The position numbers and the translations under genes are program-made. 64,000 nucleotides of DNA from Gammaproteobacteria bacterium (GTDB lineage: Bacteria; Pseudomonadota; Gammaproteobacteria; SZUA-229). Below the pieces are notes generated by a model. That model was not told the origin of the DNA. It ran no database searches and worked only from the letters and a program-made list of their open reading frames with translations. Location of the stretch: positions 1,399-65,398 of the forward strand of contig JAOULC010000015.1 in NCBI GenBank assembly GCA_029882215.1, written 5' to 3'. This document shows positions 8,326 to 17,830 of this stretch, piece by piece (within the stretch, counting starts at the first letter, position 1; each line of letters starts with the position of its first letter).

Positions 8326-11229
8326 TTATTTAGCTCCCTTTTTTGTGAATTTGCCGGCAAAGTAACCCAACCATGAACGACGCTGCTCCATACCAGGTAG
8401 TAATGGCATGGCGTCGAACGTTGGGAACGTTACTTTCTCTTCGTCATCTTCAGCTTTATAAACACGTACGCGTACATCGTACCAACCTGCCTGACCGGTA
8501 ATCGGGTCAGAGTTTGATACATGCTCGCCACACTCATTTTTCGGCAGTTCTTCAGAAATCAGGTGATTCAGCAGGAATCCTTTATTGGATTCATTAGCCT
8601 CTTTACCCAGATTCCACGCACCGCTGGCTTTACCTACTGCATTCCATGTCCAGATGGTACCCGGCTCAACCGCTTCCGAGTAACGCGCCATACAACGCAC
8701 TTTGCCGTGCATTGATTCGGCCCACATCCAGCCACCGTCTTCAATACCCTGCGCTTGTGCAGTTGAAGGATGAATGTGCATATAGTTATGCGAATGGATC
8801 TGACGCAACCAGGCATTCTGCGAATCCCATGAGTGATACATCGCCATCGGACGCTGAGTTAACGCGTTTAACGGATATTTATGTTTATCCGTTAACTGTG
8901 ACTCTAATGTTTCACTATAGAACGGCAGCGGATCAAAGTGTTCCTTGATACGTGCTTTTAAATGCTCTGGTGGCTGCTTGCCGGCACGCTTGCCTTCGGC
9001 TGCGAGGCGGAAACCTTGCAGTACTTCCGAATAAATATGGATATTAATCGGCTCAGCAAAACGCGTTAAGCGGTGATCCTGCGCCCAGGTTAAATAACCT
9101 TTATTCCAGTTACGCATGTACTGGTAAGATTTCGGCAGGTGATGATGATAAACGCAGTCATTCTTCTCATACATTTCCCACTGATTAGGATTCGGCTCAC
9201 CCTTCATGAACTTCTCGCCGCCTTTACCCCGCCAGCCCGATAAGAAGCCGATACCAGAACCCGGCTCAGTTTCAAAGTTAACGATGAAATCCGGATAGTC
9301 ACGGTATTTACGTGAACCGTCTTTATTAACAAATGCAGGCAGACCTAAACGTGAACCCAGCTCGATAATAACTTCCTGAAACGGTTTACAGTCACCCTTA
9401 GGTGGCACCACAGGAATACGAACTGAGTCAACCGGGCCTTCAAATTCTGAAATCGGGCGATCCAGCATCGACATTACGTCATGACGTTCAAGATAAGTCG
9501 TATCTGGTAATACTAAATCCGCAAAAGCAACAGTCTCAGACTGAAACGCATCGGCAACGATCAGGAACGGAATCTTGAATTCACCACTCTCATCTTTGTC
9601 GTTCAGCATTTTACGAACTTCAGAGGTATTCATTGATGAGTTCCATGCCATGTTCGCCATGAAAATCATTAAGGTATCAATTTTGTACGGGTCGCCGCGC
9701 CATGCATTAGTAATCGCATTGTGCATTAAGCCGTGAGCCGATAACGGGAATTCCCATGAGAAGGCTTTATCGATACGCACCGGATTAGCATTTTCATCGA
9801 CAAACAAATCATCAGGATTTGCTGGCCAGCCTAATGGCATACCATTTAATGGTGTGTTTGGCTGAACGTCTTCCGGGCTTTTTGGATTTTTCGCACAAGG
9901 TGGAATCGGACGCGGGAACGGCGCTTTATGACGGAAACCACCCGGACGGTCAATCGTACCCAATAGGGTCATCACGATCGATAATGCACGGATTGTCTGG
10001 AAACCGTTTGAGTGTGCCGCCAGACCACGCATCGCATGGAAAGAAACCGGGTTACCGGTGACGGTGTCATGGTCATTGCCCCAGACATCCGTCCAGGCGA
10101 TTGGCAGCTCGATTTTTTCATCACGAGCCACAATACCCATTTCATGCGCCAGCCGCTTAATCGTATCAGCCGGAATACCGGTAATGCTTGAAGCCCACTC
10201 TGGTGTGTACTGTTCAACGCGCTCTTTTAACAGCTGCAGTGAAGACTTAACCACTGTGCCATTTTCCAGCGTGTAAGAACCAAACAGGAATGGATCGGCA
10301 CCTTTAGTGTGAGTGACGATCGGCTTATTAAGCTTACGATCCCACCACAATTTATTTTCCGGATCGAAACAACCTTTCTCGCCAACTTCAACGTCTTTGT
10401 TACGCACAAACATACCAAATTCGTCGCTGCTTTCATCCTGATTAACCAGCTCAGCCGCATTGGTATATTGAATCAGGAACTCACGGTCATACAGACCCTG
10501 GGTAATCAGCTCGTTGGTAATGGCCAGCAGTAACGCACCATCAGTTCCCGGCTTGATCGGCACCCATTCATCAGCAATCGCCGAATAACCGGTACGCACA
10601 GGATTAACCGAGATAAAACGACCGCCATTGCGCTTGAATTTAGACAGCGCAATTTTCATTGGGTTGGAGTGATGATCTTCCGCTGTACCCAACATAATAA
10701 AGAGACGTGAGCGCTCAAGATCAGGACCACCGAACTCCCAGAAAGACCCCCCAATGGTATAAATCATGCCGGTTGCCATGTTCACCGAACAAAAACCACC
10801 GTGCGCTGCGTAGTTAGGTGTGCCGTACTGCTTGGCAAACATACCGGTCAGTGCCTGCATCTGGTCACGCCCCGTGAACAACGCAAACTTCTTAGGATCC
10901 GTGCCGCGCAGATGGCGCAGGCGCTCTTCCATTACCTCGAACGCTTTATCCCAGCTGATTTCTTCAAAATCGCCGGCGCCACGTTCTGCGCCTTCTTTGC
11001 GCATTAATGGTTTGGTCAGTCGAGCCGGTGAATACTGCTTCATGATGCCAGAAGCACCTTTCGCACAGATCACACCTTTGTTTAATGGGTGATCCGGATT
11101 ACCCTGGATATAACGCACTTCGTTATCGCGCAAGGTAACACGGATACCACAACGACAGGCACACATATAACAGGTTGTATTCTTAACCTCTATGCGACCG
11201 TCAGCAGCGTTTGCAGTTGTCGTATTCAT
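8326..11229 (-). CDS. soeA: Molybdopterin (bis-MGD) oxidoreductase catalytic subunit without Tat signal; SoeA-like sulfite dehydrogenase (quinone)
   Basis: 967 aa with an N-terminal FeS motif 'CYMCACRCG' and no twin-arginine leader. The three-gene A-B-C order, with subunits of about 967/241/327 aa, matches my memory of cytoplasmic SoeABC. The assignment versus Psr/Phs/Ttr is not verified. Confidence 0.65.
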   Translation of the reverse strand: MNTTTANAADGRIEVKNTTCYMCACRCGIRVTLRDNEVRYIQGNPDHPLNKGVICAKGASGIMKQYSPARLTKPLMRKEGAERGAGDFEEISWDKAFEVMEERLRHLRGTDPKKFALFTGRDQMQALTGMFAKQYGTPNYAAHGGFCSVNMATGMIYTIGGSFWEFGGPDLERSRLFIMLGTAEDHHSNPMKIALSKFKRNGGRFISVNPVRTGYSAIADEWVPIKPGTDGALLLAITNELITQGLYDREFLIQYTNAAELVNQDESSDEFGMFVRNKDVEVGEKGCFDPENKLWWDRKLNKPIVTHTKGADPFLFGSYTLENGTVVKSSLQLLKERVEQYTPEWASSITGIPADTIKRLAHEMGIVARDEKIELPIAWTDVWGNDHDTVTGNPVSFHAMRGLAAHSNGFQTIRALSIVMTLLGTIDRPGGFRHKAPFPRPIPPCAKNPKSPEDVQPNTPLNGMPLGWPANPDDLFVDENANPVRIDKAFSWEFPLSAHGLMHNAITNAWRGDPYKIDTLMIFMANMAWNSSMNTSEVRKMLNDKDESGEFKIPFLIVADAFQSETVAFADLVLPDTTYLERHDVMSMLDRPISEFEGPVDSVRIPVVPPKGDCKPFQEVIIELGSRLGLPAFVNKDGSRKYRDYPDFIVNFETEPGSGIGFLSGWRGKGGEKFMKGEPNPNQWEMYEKNDCVYHHHLPKSYQYMRNWNKGYLTWAQDHRLTRFAEPINIHIYSEVLQGFRLAAEGKRAGKQPPEHLKARIKEHFDPLPFYSETLESQLTDKHKYPLNALTQRPMAMYHSWDSQNAWLRQIHSHNYMHIHPSTAQAQGIEDGGWMWAESMHGKVRCMARYSEAVEPGTIWTWNAVGKASGAWNLGKEANESNKGFLLNHLISEELPKNECGEHVSNSDPITGQAGWYDVRVRVYKAEDDEEKVTFPTFDAMPLLPGMEQRRSWLGYFAGKFTKKGAK

Positions 11230-11333
11230 AAAATATCAATACCTATTAGGTCTTTTTTAGGGGGGCGAACCGGTCAGCTCGCCACCTTTGGCGAGTAAAC
11301 CAGCATCAGCAGCCACTTGAAAGGAGATATAAA

Positions 11334-11350
11334 GTATAGACAATCTATAC
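11334..11350. promoter_or_regulatory. 17-bp perfect palindrome GTATAGA-N3-TCTATAC in the divergent soeA/moaA control region
   Basis: Read directly: gtataga caa tctatac. It sits in the 417-bp divergent intergenic region and is a candidate dimeric-regulator operator. Confidence 0.3.
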
Positions 11351-11646
11351 AGAAAACCCGCTCCACAGCTCACCTTTACTCATTTATATAAAATTCTTTG
11401 GCATTTTCCAGACGAGCGTAACCGCCCAGATTAGAAAATCAGTCGCGAAGTGTGCCTGTATAAGACACAACAAGCCAAATAGAATTTTTAATCAAGCGAT
11501 AAGTAGTATTTATATATATAAGAATTTACTAATTTTCTAGTATTGGATTATACACATCAGGCCAACTTGATATAAACTTAGTTTCAATCAAACTGTGCAT
11601 AGCTGATAGGTCTATACTGACGCTATTATATGTATGCATCATCAGG

Positions 11647-12648
11647 ATGAATATGAAACAGCTCACCGATCCCAAACTCATCGACCAGTTCGGACGCACC
11701 ATCGAATATCTGCGACTTTCAGTCACCGATCGCTGTGACCTGCGCTGTACATATTGCATGCCGAAAGGTTTTGATGATTACGAAGATGCCGCAAACTCAC
11801 TGACCAATGCTGAGATCGAACGAGTGGTAAAAGCGTTCACCGAATTAGGCACCAAACGAATTCGACTCACCGGTGGTGAACCACTGATCCGCAAAGGCAT
11901 TGCCGAGTTGTCCCATAATCTGGCAGCACTACCCGGCCTCGAAGACTTATCGCTCAGCACCAATGCCACTCGCATGGCCAAATACGCTGATAGCTTAAAA
12001 GCCAGCGGCATTCAACGACTCAATGTCAGCCTCGACACATTAGACCCCGACAAATTCAAACGCCTGACCGGTGGCAAGCTCTCAAAAGTCATCGATGGTT
12101 TAATGGCGGCTAAAAAAGCCGGCTTCAAACCGATCAAAATCAACATGGTGGTAATGAAAGGCGTAAACGATGATGACGTTGAAGATATACTCAGTTTTTG
12201 TATTGAACACGGCTTCACCCTGCGCTTTATCGAAACCATGCCAATGGGTGATACCGGTCGCGATGCACAAAGCCAGTACATCGATCTAAAAACCATCAAA
12301 CAACGCTTAGCCGAAAAATTCGACCTGATTCCCGGCGTGATGCCTGGCGGTGGCCCGGCGCGTTACATGAATGTCGCCGACACCGACATCAATATTGGTT
12401 TTATCACCCCCATATCTCAGCATTTTTGCGATACCTGCAACCGCGTTCGTTTATCAGTGGATGGTACGATATATACCTGTCTTGGCCAGGAACACAATGT
12501 AGCTCTACGCCCCTTGTTACGTGCCGGCTGCACAGATGACGAACTGAAAGTTGCCATCATCAAAGCGATTAACCTGAAACCCGAGAAACACGAGTTTAAT
12601 GAGAAACCTGAGAAGCTGGTAAGATTTATGTCGATGACAGGAGGCTAG
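11647..12648 (+). CDS. moaA: GTP 3',8-cyclase MoaA (molybdenum cofactor biosynthesis, radical SAM)
   Basis: 333 aa. It has the radical-SAM motif 'CDLRCTYCMP', a C-terminal second cluster 'CDTCNRVRLSVDGTIYTCL', and a terminal GG. Confidence 0.93.
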   Translation: MNMKQLTDPKLIDQFGRTIEYLRLSVTDRCDLRCTYCMPKGFDDYEDAANSLTNAEIERVVKAFTELGTKRIRLTGGEPLIRKGIAELSHNLAALPGLEDLSLSTNATRMAKYADSLKASGIQRLNVSLDTLDPDKFKRLTGGKLSKVIDGLMAAKKAGFKPIKINMVVMKGVNDDDVEDILSFCIEHGFTLRFIETMPMGDTGRDAQSQYIDLKTIKQRLAEKFDLIPGVMPGGGPARYMNVADTDINIGFITPISQHFCDTCNRVRLSVDGTIYTCLGQEHNVALRPLLRAGCTDDELKVAIIKAINLKPEKHEFNEKPEKLVRFMSMTGG

Positions 12649-12680
12649 CGGAACTAGCCAGTCTTAAGTCCGAAGTTATA

Positions 12681-12733
12681 AGTCGTAAGTCTTGAGTCTA
12701 AAATCAAAAGCATGAGACTATAGACTTACGACT
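12681..12733 (+). terminator. Long imperfect hairpin downstream of moaA (terminator or REP-like element)
   Basis: Arms agtcgtaagtcttgagtct / agactatagacttacgact match at 17 of 19 positions, with a 15-nt loop. The sequence is a low-complexity 'taagtc/agac' type and lacks a clean U tract. Confidence 0.4.
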
Positions 12734-12757
12734 ACAGACTGACGACTATTTTTCCTT

Positions 12758-13582
12758 ATGGCCCGAACAACCATCGACACCTGGAACCCCGAATTCTTAC
12801 TGCTTTCACCAATCTTCGATTCAATTCAAGAAGTCGCGCAGCCTTTCACTCAGCTTAAACAATGGCCAACGCTGCAACAGTTTGCAGATGAATTTTCTAA
12901 ACGCGGCATTCAATCATATAACGGATCACCAGTCCATCCTGTAGCACAAGGTGAAGCACCGGAAAAATTCGAAGATCATTATGAATCCCGCATCTATCTA
13001 AAAGGTGAACTGCAAACCCGACTGGATAACTGGCACGACCTCTTCAATGCCACAGCCTGGCTGCAATTCCCGAAAACAAAATCAGCCCTCAACGCACTTC
13101 ATTTTGAAAATTCAAAAACCAGAGAAGCGGGAACAAACCGAAGTCCTCTTGAAAATGCCATTACCTTATTTGACGAATGTGGCGCAATAATTGTGGCCGA
13201 TGATGAAAAACTTCTGGAGATGATTCGCAATCATCAGTGGAAAGAAATTTTTCTGGACAATAAAGAAGCCTGGCAAAAACATATTCAATGCTTTGTGTTT
13301 GGCCACGCCATGCATGAAAAAGCACTGACACTCTATCTCGGCATGACCACGCATTGCATACTGCTTAAAAAAGAAGACGATTTTTTCCAGCAAGACTACC
13401 CGGCTCAATTAGAAAAGCTGGATACTGAAACTGCCAATATCTGGATAGATAAAAAGATCAATAAAACAAAAGACCTTCAGCCTGTACCCATACTGGGCAT
13501 CCCAGCCTGGTACAAGCAACAGACCGAAGACTTCTACGCCAATAAAGACTACTTCAGATCACTAAGAAATAAGCCGGACTAA
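12758..13582 (+). CDS. Conserved hypothetical protein, probably DUF3025 family
   Basis: 274 aa and soluble. The blocks 'LFDECGAIIV' and 'CFVFGHAMHEKAL' resemble DUF3025 proteins as I remember them. Confidence 0.55.
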   Translation: MARTTIDTWNPEFLLLSPIFDSIQEVAQPFTQLKQWPTLQQFADEFSKRGIQSYNGSPVHPVAQGEAPEKFEDHYESRIYLKGELQTRLDNWHDLFNATAWLQFPKTKSALNALHFENSKTREAGTNRSPLENAITLFDECGAIIVADDEKLLEMIRNHQWKEIFLDNKEAWQKHIQCFVFGHAMHEKALTLYLGMTTHCILLKKEDDFFQQDYPAQLEKLDTETANIWIDKKINKTKDLQPVPILGIPAWYKQQTEDFYANKDYFRSLRNKPD

Positions 13583-13595
13583 GTCCGGCTTATTT
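13567..13595. terminator. Bidirectional rho-independent terminator between convergent genes
   Basis: aaataagccggac-taa-gtccggcttattt has a perfect stem flanked by A and T runs. It overlaps the stop codon of the DUF3025-like gene and lies 5 nt from the stop of the 1402-aa gene. Confidence 0.8.
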
Positions 13596-13599
13596 TGTT

Positions 13600-16500
13600 T
13601 TACTGAACAGTAATATCGAAGGTTTCGATCACCACACCGCCACGGGTATAGCCCAATTTTTTCGTAGTAGCATCAATATTCGTAAAGTCTATCTGATACA
13701 GGCCGTTCGACAACCAGCTTGAGGTATCATTTTCAAGATACCTTTCCATTCCAATAACCCCCCGATGTTGATACGAATCATAACAGCTACATGCCGCGTT
13801 CCACTGCATCCCGGTTCCCGACACAATATACAATTTGCCGTTAATTAAACCTGCCTCACCAAAGCGCACCGGGGTTGTAGAAGCTGTTAATGACGACCAT
13901 GTATTTAGCACGGGATCATAGACCTCTGCACGACTAGAGGCATAAGTGTTAGGATAGCTTGCAGTTGTTTCAATACCGAAGGTATATAGTTTGTTATTGA
14001 TTACTACAGCCTGATCACCGTCTCGAGCGCTCAGCATATTCGCTTTTAAAGTCCACTGGTTTGCCACTGGGTCATATACCTGCATTGTGTTGTAGTTCAC
14101 TCGCCCTGAACAAGACATACAGGAATCTCCGCCACCATATAGGTATGCCTTACCTCCCATAACTATCAGCGTAGCCTCATAAAGACTTGCACCTAGTCGA
14201 GATGCAACCGGTGTCATATTATCGTTAACAGTATCGTATTTATAAACACTCGTATTAGTTTCATTCACCAAATATATATCTGTTCCAATATTGGACACAT
14301 AGCCTGACCATAATGCAGCAGAACCAGCCACCTGGCTCGCCGGCACTGTAGCTGTTTTAGATACGGTATCAAATGCCTCTATGTCAGCCTCCGCACTAGA
14401 TGCCGAGAAATCATCAGCAGAAGTATATGCAGTCCCTCCTGCCAAATAGATTTTCGTACCGATAACAATAGCTGTTGATCCATCCCAGAAGTATGTCATC
14501 GCCGCTGAATATGTCGATACCGCATACGAGACCGGGTCGATTTCATAGACAGTATTTGACTTACCTCCAAGAACATAAAGCTTACCGCCCGCCTCAACAA
14601 ATGAATATCCGTAACTGTAATTAAAAGGCATTGATGTAATCGTCCACTGGTCCGTCACAGGATCATAAACATCTAGTGTTGTTGAGTATGCAACAACTCC
14701 CCCCTCATTCAGAATATAGACTTTGCCATTATAGGTAAGACTTATATTTGCATTATTTACAACCGTCCTCTGTGACAACGATTCATTCCATAGCAGCTTT
14801 CCATCCACCTGATCAACATCACCTACACGAATACCTTTAACATTATCGGTCGTAGTGGGTACTGCCACTTTCATTGCAAGCGAACCACCAGCACTTACGG
14901 AATTTGAATTAAGTAATGCCGCATGAACATCAATGTATATATCTGTACTATTCTGAGCAACACCGTTATACGAACTATCAATTGTCTCGATATACGATCC
15001 GACATCGGCATACACAGGCGTAAAGTTTACCGTATCACCAGCCACACCAACAAAACTTGTTGAACTGTTGGTGCTATAGATAGAACCCACCTGTTCACTA
15101 CTCATAGTTGATATCGCTGCATCATTCGCAACCATAGCAATAACCGAAGGCGTGGCCACAATATCCGCAGCACGTGTCTGATAAGTCACATCAAACACAT
15201 TACCACCCACGGTTATCGACACCGTCAGCTGTTCGTTGTAATTCACTGAACTGCTTACTCCGACTTCAACCAGGTCATCACCTGTTACCGTCTGGCATAA
15301 TTGCCCTGAGTTAGCCGAGTTTACATAGACCGTACCCGTCGAGGTACAGACCTCGGTTGTTTCACCGGAATCTATATAGGAAGAAACATCAACCAGGTGA
15401 GATGAAGATGTCTTGAGGTCAACCGAATTCAGCGCGGTCGTGTTATAGCTGAAGCTACGCGTTGTCATCGTAATATCAAATGATGCTCCGCCAAGTGAAA
15501 CAGTGTTAATGACATGTGCTGAAAAGTTCGGTGCCGTTGTCATCTTAACTTCAACAAAATTATCCCCGGTCACATTCTGACAACTCACTGCCGTATCAAC
15601 AGTATCTACCACCAGAGTAGCATTTGTGACACACAAGTTAGCCGAATCACTCAGGTCCAGCACGGAAGAAATATCAGTAACATAAACCGAGTTTAGATTC
15701 AGCCCAGACTGTGCAAAGCCTGCTGTGCTTTTTGTAAAATTTTTGTTTGTTAACGTGTAATCAAAACTAACACCACCCAGTGAAACCGTGTTTGTAGTAA
15801 CCTCACCATAATTCACTGATGAAACTGTTTTAACGCCAACAGTATTAGTACCTGTTACCGCCTGACATAGTGACAGGGTATCAACATAATCTACAACGAG
15901 TGATCCGGAACTAACACACAAATCAACGCTGTCATTAAGATCAAGAACAGATGAAACATCAACAGTGTATTCCCGATTCAAGTCTGTATTATTAACAGAT
16001 AAGCCAGCCACATTCTTAGTAAAAGTCTTGTTATTCACAGTATATTGCTGGGCATATGCCCCAGCAGCCAGGTGTGCAATCACTTGAGCCTGATAATCCC
16101 TAGCTGAAGTCAATTCTACTGCAACAGTATCACTAAAGCCGACGATTGCTGTTGACACCGCCTGCACAACACCATTCAGAACCAGATTTCCGCCAGTCAC
16201 GGTGACGCTAATCGTTTCACCTTCATATAAAAACTCTGCTGCGCTTAATGTTGTAGAGCGATAAGTTGTATTCAGGTCAGCACCGGATATTGTCTCATTA
16301 AGATTTGCATTCAATGCCACCTGCTCTGAACTCTGATCAATCGCAAAATAATCCAGATCACCTACGTGTAAATAGGCTACTTCTGCCGCACCCAGCGCCA
16401 TCGTTGTTGCAACGGCTTCATCGTTATTTGGTTCAAATGCAATGGGATTATTAAAATCAGCTGTTGAAATACTCGGCGTATCAATACCTATACTGTAAGC

Positions 16501-17808
16501 CGTTTCAGTTGCAATATCGGCATTTGATAACACAACAAACATTTCGGTAGCAGGATCTACCGGCACATTAATCGTACTGTTTGTTGTATTGAATGGTATT
16601 AACTTATTACCTGCGATTATCACATAACCTTTAACTGTCGAGACATCCGCTGTCAGGTTTATCGGCATGGAACGGCGATAAACTGTGATATCAAAACTAT
16701 CAGTCCATACATTTCCATACACATCGCGAATATCCGTATTAATAGTGACAATACGTTTCGACGTTTTTAATGCATTAAAACTGAATGTTACCGGAATATC
16801 TTTATAAGTACCGGCAGGCACTGTACCCAGTGTAATCGTTGGATTAAAACTATTCAGATAAGGATCAACCATTGTGACATCGTAGGCCAGACCAGTACCC
16901 TCATTTGTTCCAGTATTATGCATACGGACAACCCCGCTGTAGGTTGTGCCATCCGCGTAGGCAAATTCCTGATTTAAAATCAGCTCAGTCTTGAAATTAT
17001 AGCCGTTATTATCTAAGGAAAAATTCCCAAGATCTGCCGTTGCACCCGTAATACTAACCGACGAGTTAAAAGTACCGCCATTGCCATCATTTCCACTGAT
17101 AGCATAAACACCGGATGGCAGTGAATTATCAGCAAATGAACCATCAACGCTTGTAGTGGCTGTCGCTGTCACCGAACTATCATTAATATTAGTTAAGATA
17201 ACACCGATACCACCGATACCTGCGAATGCCTTTTGTCCCGGCTTATGTGCACTTTTGCTGGTTGCATCACCCAGTACCTTTCCATTAACGGCCGTATTGG
17301 CAACTGATGCCCGCAACAAATGACGTGTGCCAGTTTTTAGAATGTTACTACTGAGTTTTGTATATGACGGTAACACCGTTGAAGATAGCAGTTCAATCTC
17401 TTCTGCCGTATCGATATAAACCCATTTACCGAACAGATCACTAGTAACATTACCGGTCACTGTCAGACTGAAACTCACACTGACGCCACCGGTGTTAACC
17501 ACAAATACTTCACTGCCCGATGCTGTAGCCGTTATCTGGCCATTCGCAACCGCCGCAATCGAGCTGCTAAACACACTCCAGTCTATCTGATTTGTAATAT
17601 CAGCAGTAGATCCATCGCTATAACTGCCCGTTACAGTCAGTTGCTGTGTACCACCCACGGCCAGGATCGCTGATGCCGGCGTTACGTCAAGAGATATCAG
17701 TGTTATGCCGGATCCGGTACCACCTGTCCCGCCTGTATCACCACCGCCTCCGCCACCACAGGCACTAACAGTCAAAATTAGAAACAGGATTGCCAATAAC
17801 TTCTTCAT
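13600..17808 (-). CDS. Giant lipoprotein: BIG2 Ig-like domain, CarboxypepD_reg-like domain, CARDB-like domain, PPC ('EPNN') domain, tandem Cys-pair repeats, C-terminal Kelch-like beta-propeller
   Basis: 1402 aa. Signal peptide plus lipobox 'LTVSAC', followed by a Gly-rich linker, with GGAG 6 nt before the ATG. The BIG2-like segment is 'LDVTPASAILAVGGTQQLTVTGSYSDGS'. The PPC-like segment is 'FEPNNDEAVATT...YLHVGDLDYFAI'. There are six to seven Kelch-type blades ('GKLYVLGG', 'VYDPVANQWT', 'NNKLYTFG', 'NGKLYIVSG'). No catalytic motif was recognised. Confidence 0.85.
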   Translation of the reverse strand: MKKLLAILFLILTVSACGGGGGGDTGGTGGTGSGITLISLDVTPASAILAVGGTQQLTVTGSYSDGSTADITNQIDWSVFSSSIAAVANGQITATASGSEVFVVNTGGVSVSFSLTVTGNVTSDLFGKWVYIDTAEEIELLSSTVLPSYTKLSSNILKTGTRHLLRASVANTAVNGKVLGDATSKSAHKPGQKAFAGIGGIGVILTNINDSSVTATATTSVDGSFADNSLPSGVYAISGNDGNGGTFNSSVSITGATADLGNFSLDNNGYNFKTELILNQEFAYADGTTYSGVVRMHNTGTNEGTGLAYDVTMVDPYLNSFNPTITLGTVPAGTYKDIPVTFSFNALKTSKRIVTINTDIRDVYGNVWTDSFDITVYRRSMPINLTADVSTVKGYVIIAGNKLIPFNTTNSTINVPVDPATEMFVVLSNADIATETAYSIGIDTPSISTADFNNPIAFEPNNDEAVATTMALGAAEVAYLHVGDLDYFAIDQSSEQVALNANLNETISGADLNTTYRSTTLSAAEFLYEGETISVTVTGGNLVLNGVVQAVSTAIVGFSDTVAVELTSARDYQAQVIAHLAAGAYAQQYTVNNKTFTKNVAGLSVNNTDLNREYTVDVSSVLDLNDSVDLCVSSGSLVVDYVDTLSLCQAVTGTNTVGVKTVSSVNYGEVTTNTVSLGGVSFDYTLTNKNFTKSTAGFAQSGLNLNSVYVTDISSVLDLSDSANLCVTNATLVVDTVDTAVSCQNVTGDNFVEVKMTTAPNFSAHVINTVSLGGASFDITMTTRSFSYNTTALNSVDLKTSSSHLVDVSSYIDSGETTEVCTSTGTVYVNSANSGQLCQTVTGDDLVEVGVSSSVNYNEQLTVSITVGGNVFDVTYQTRAADIVATPSVIAMVANDAAISTMSSEQVGSIYSTNSSTSFVGVAGDTVNFTPVYADVGSYIETIDSSYNGVAQNSTDIYIDVHAALLNSNSVSAGGSLAMKVAVPTTTDNVKGIRVGDVDQVDGKLLWNESLSQRTVVNNANISLTYNGKVYILNEGGVVAYSTTLDVYDPVTDQWTITSMPFNYSYGYSFVEAGGKLYVLGGKSNTVYEIDPVSYAVSTYSAAMTYFWDGSTAIVIGTKIYLAGGTAYTSADDFSASSAEADIEAFDTVSKTATVPASQVAGSAALWSGYVSNIGTDIYLVNETNTSVYKYDTVNDNMTPVASRLGASLYEATLIVMGGKAYLYGGGDSCMSCSGRVNYNTMQVYDPVANQWTLKANMLSARDGDQAVVINNKLYTFGIETTASYPNTYASSRAEVYDPVLNTWSSLTASTTPVRFGEAGLINGKLYIVSGTGMQWNAACSCYDSYQHRGVIGMERYLENDTSSWLSNGLYQIDFTNIDATTKKLGYTRGGVVIETFDITVQ
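15170..16035 (-). repeat. Three tandem ~95-aa repeats (each with two Cys) inside the 1402-aa lipoprotein, preceded by a degenerate Cys-less copy
   Basis: The units begin 'TFTKNVAGLSVNNTDLNREYTVDVSSVLDLNDSVDLCVSSGSLVVDYVDTLSLCQAVTGTN...', 'NFTKSTAGFAQSGLNLNSVYVTDISSVLDLSDSANLCVTNATLVVDTVDTAVSCQNVTGDN...' and 'SFSYNTTALNSVDLKTSSSHLVDVSSYIDSGETTEVCTSTGTVYVNSANSGQLCQTVTGDD...'. They span about aa 592-880. Confidence 0.8.
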
Positions 17809-17830
17809 TTTACTCTCCAGTTTTATCTGT

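Noticed and set aside
11230-11646. Possible Moco riboswitch upstream of moaA or in the soeA leader (a 'gaaaggag' element occurs at about 11319-11326)
   Set aside because: I could not reconstruct the conserved Moco-motif core or its paired stems on either strand from memory. A covariance-model scan (Rfam RF01055) would decide the question.
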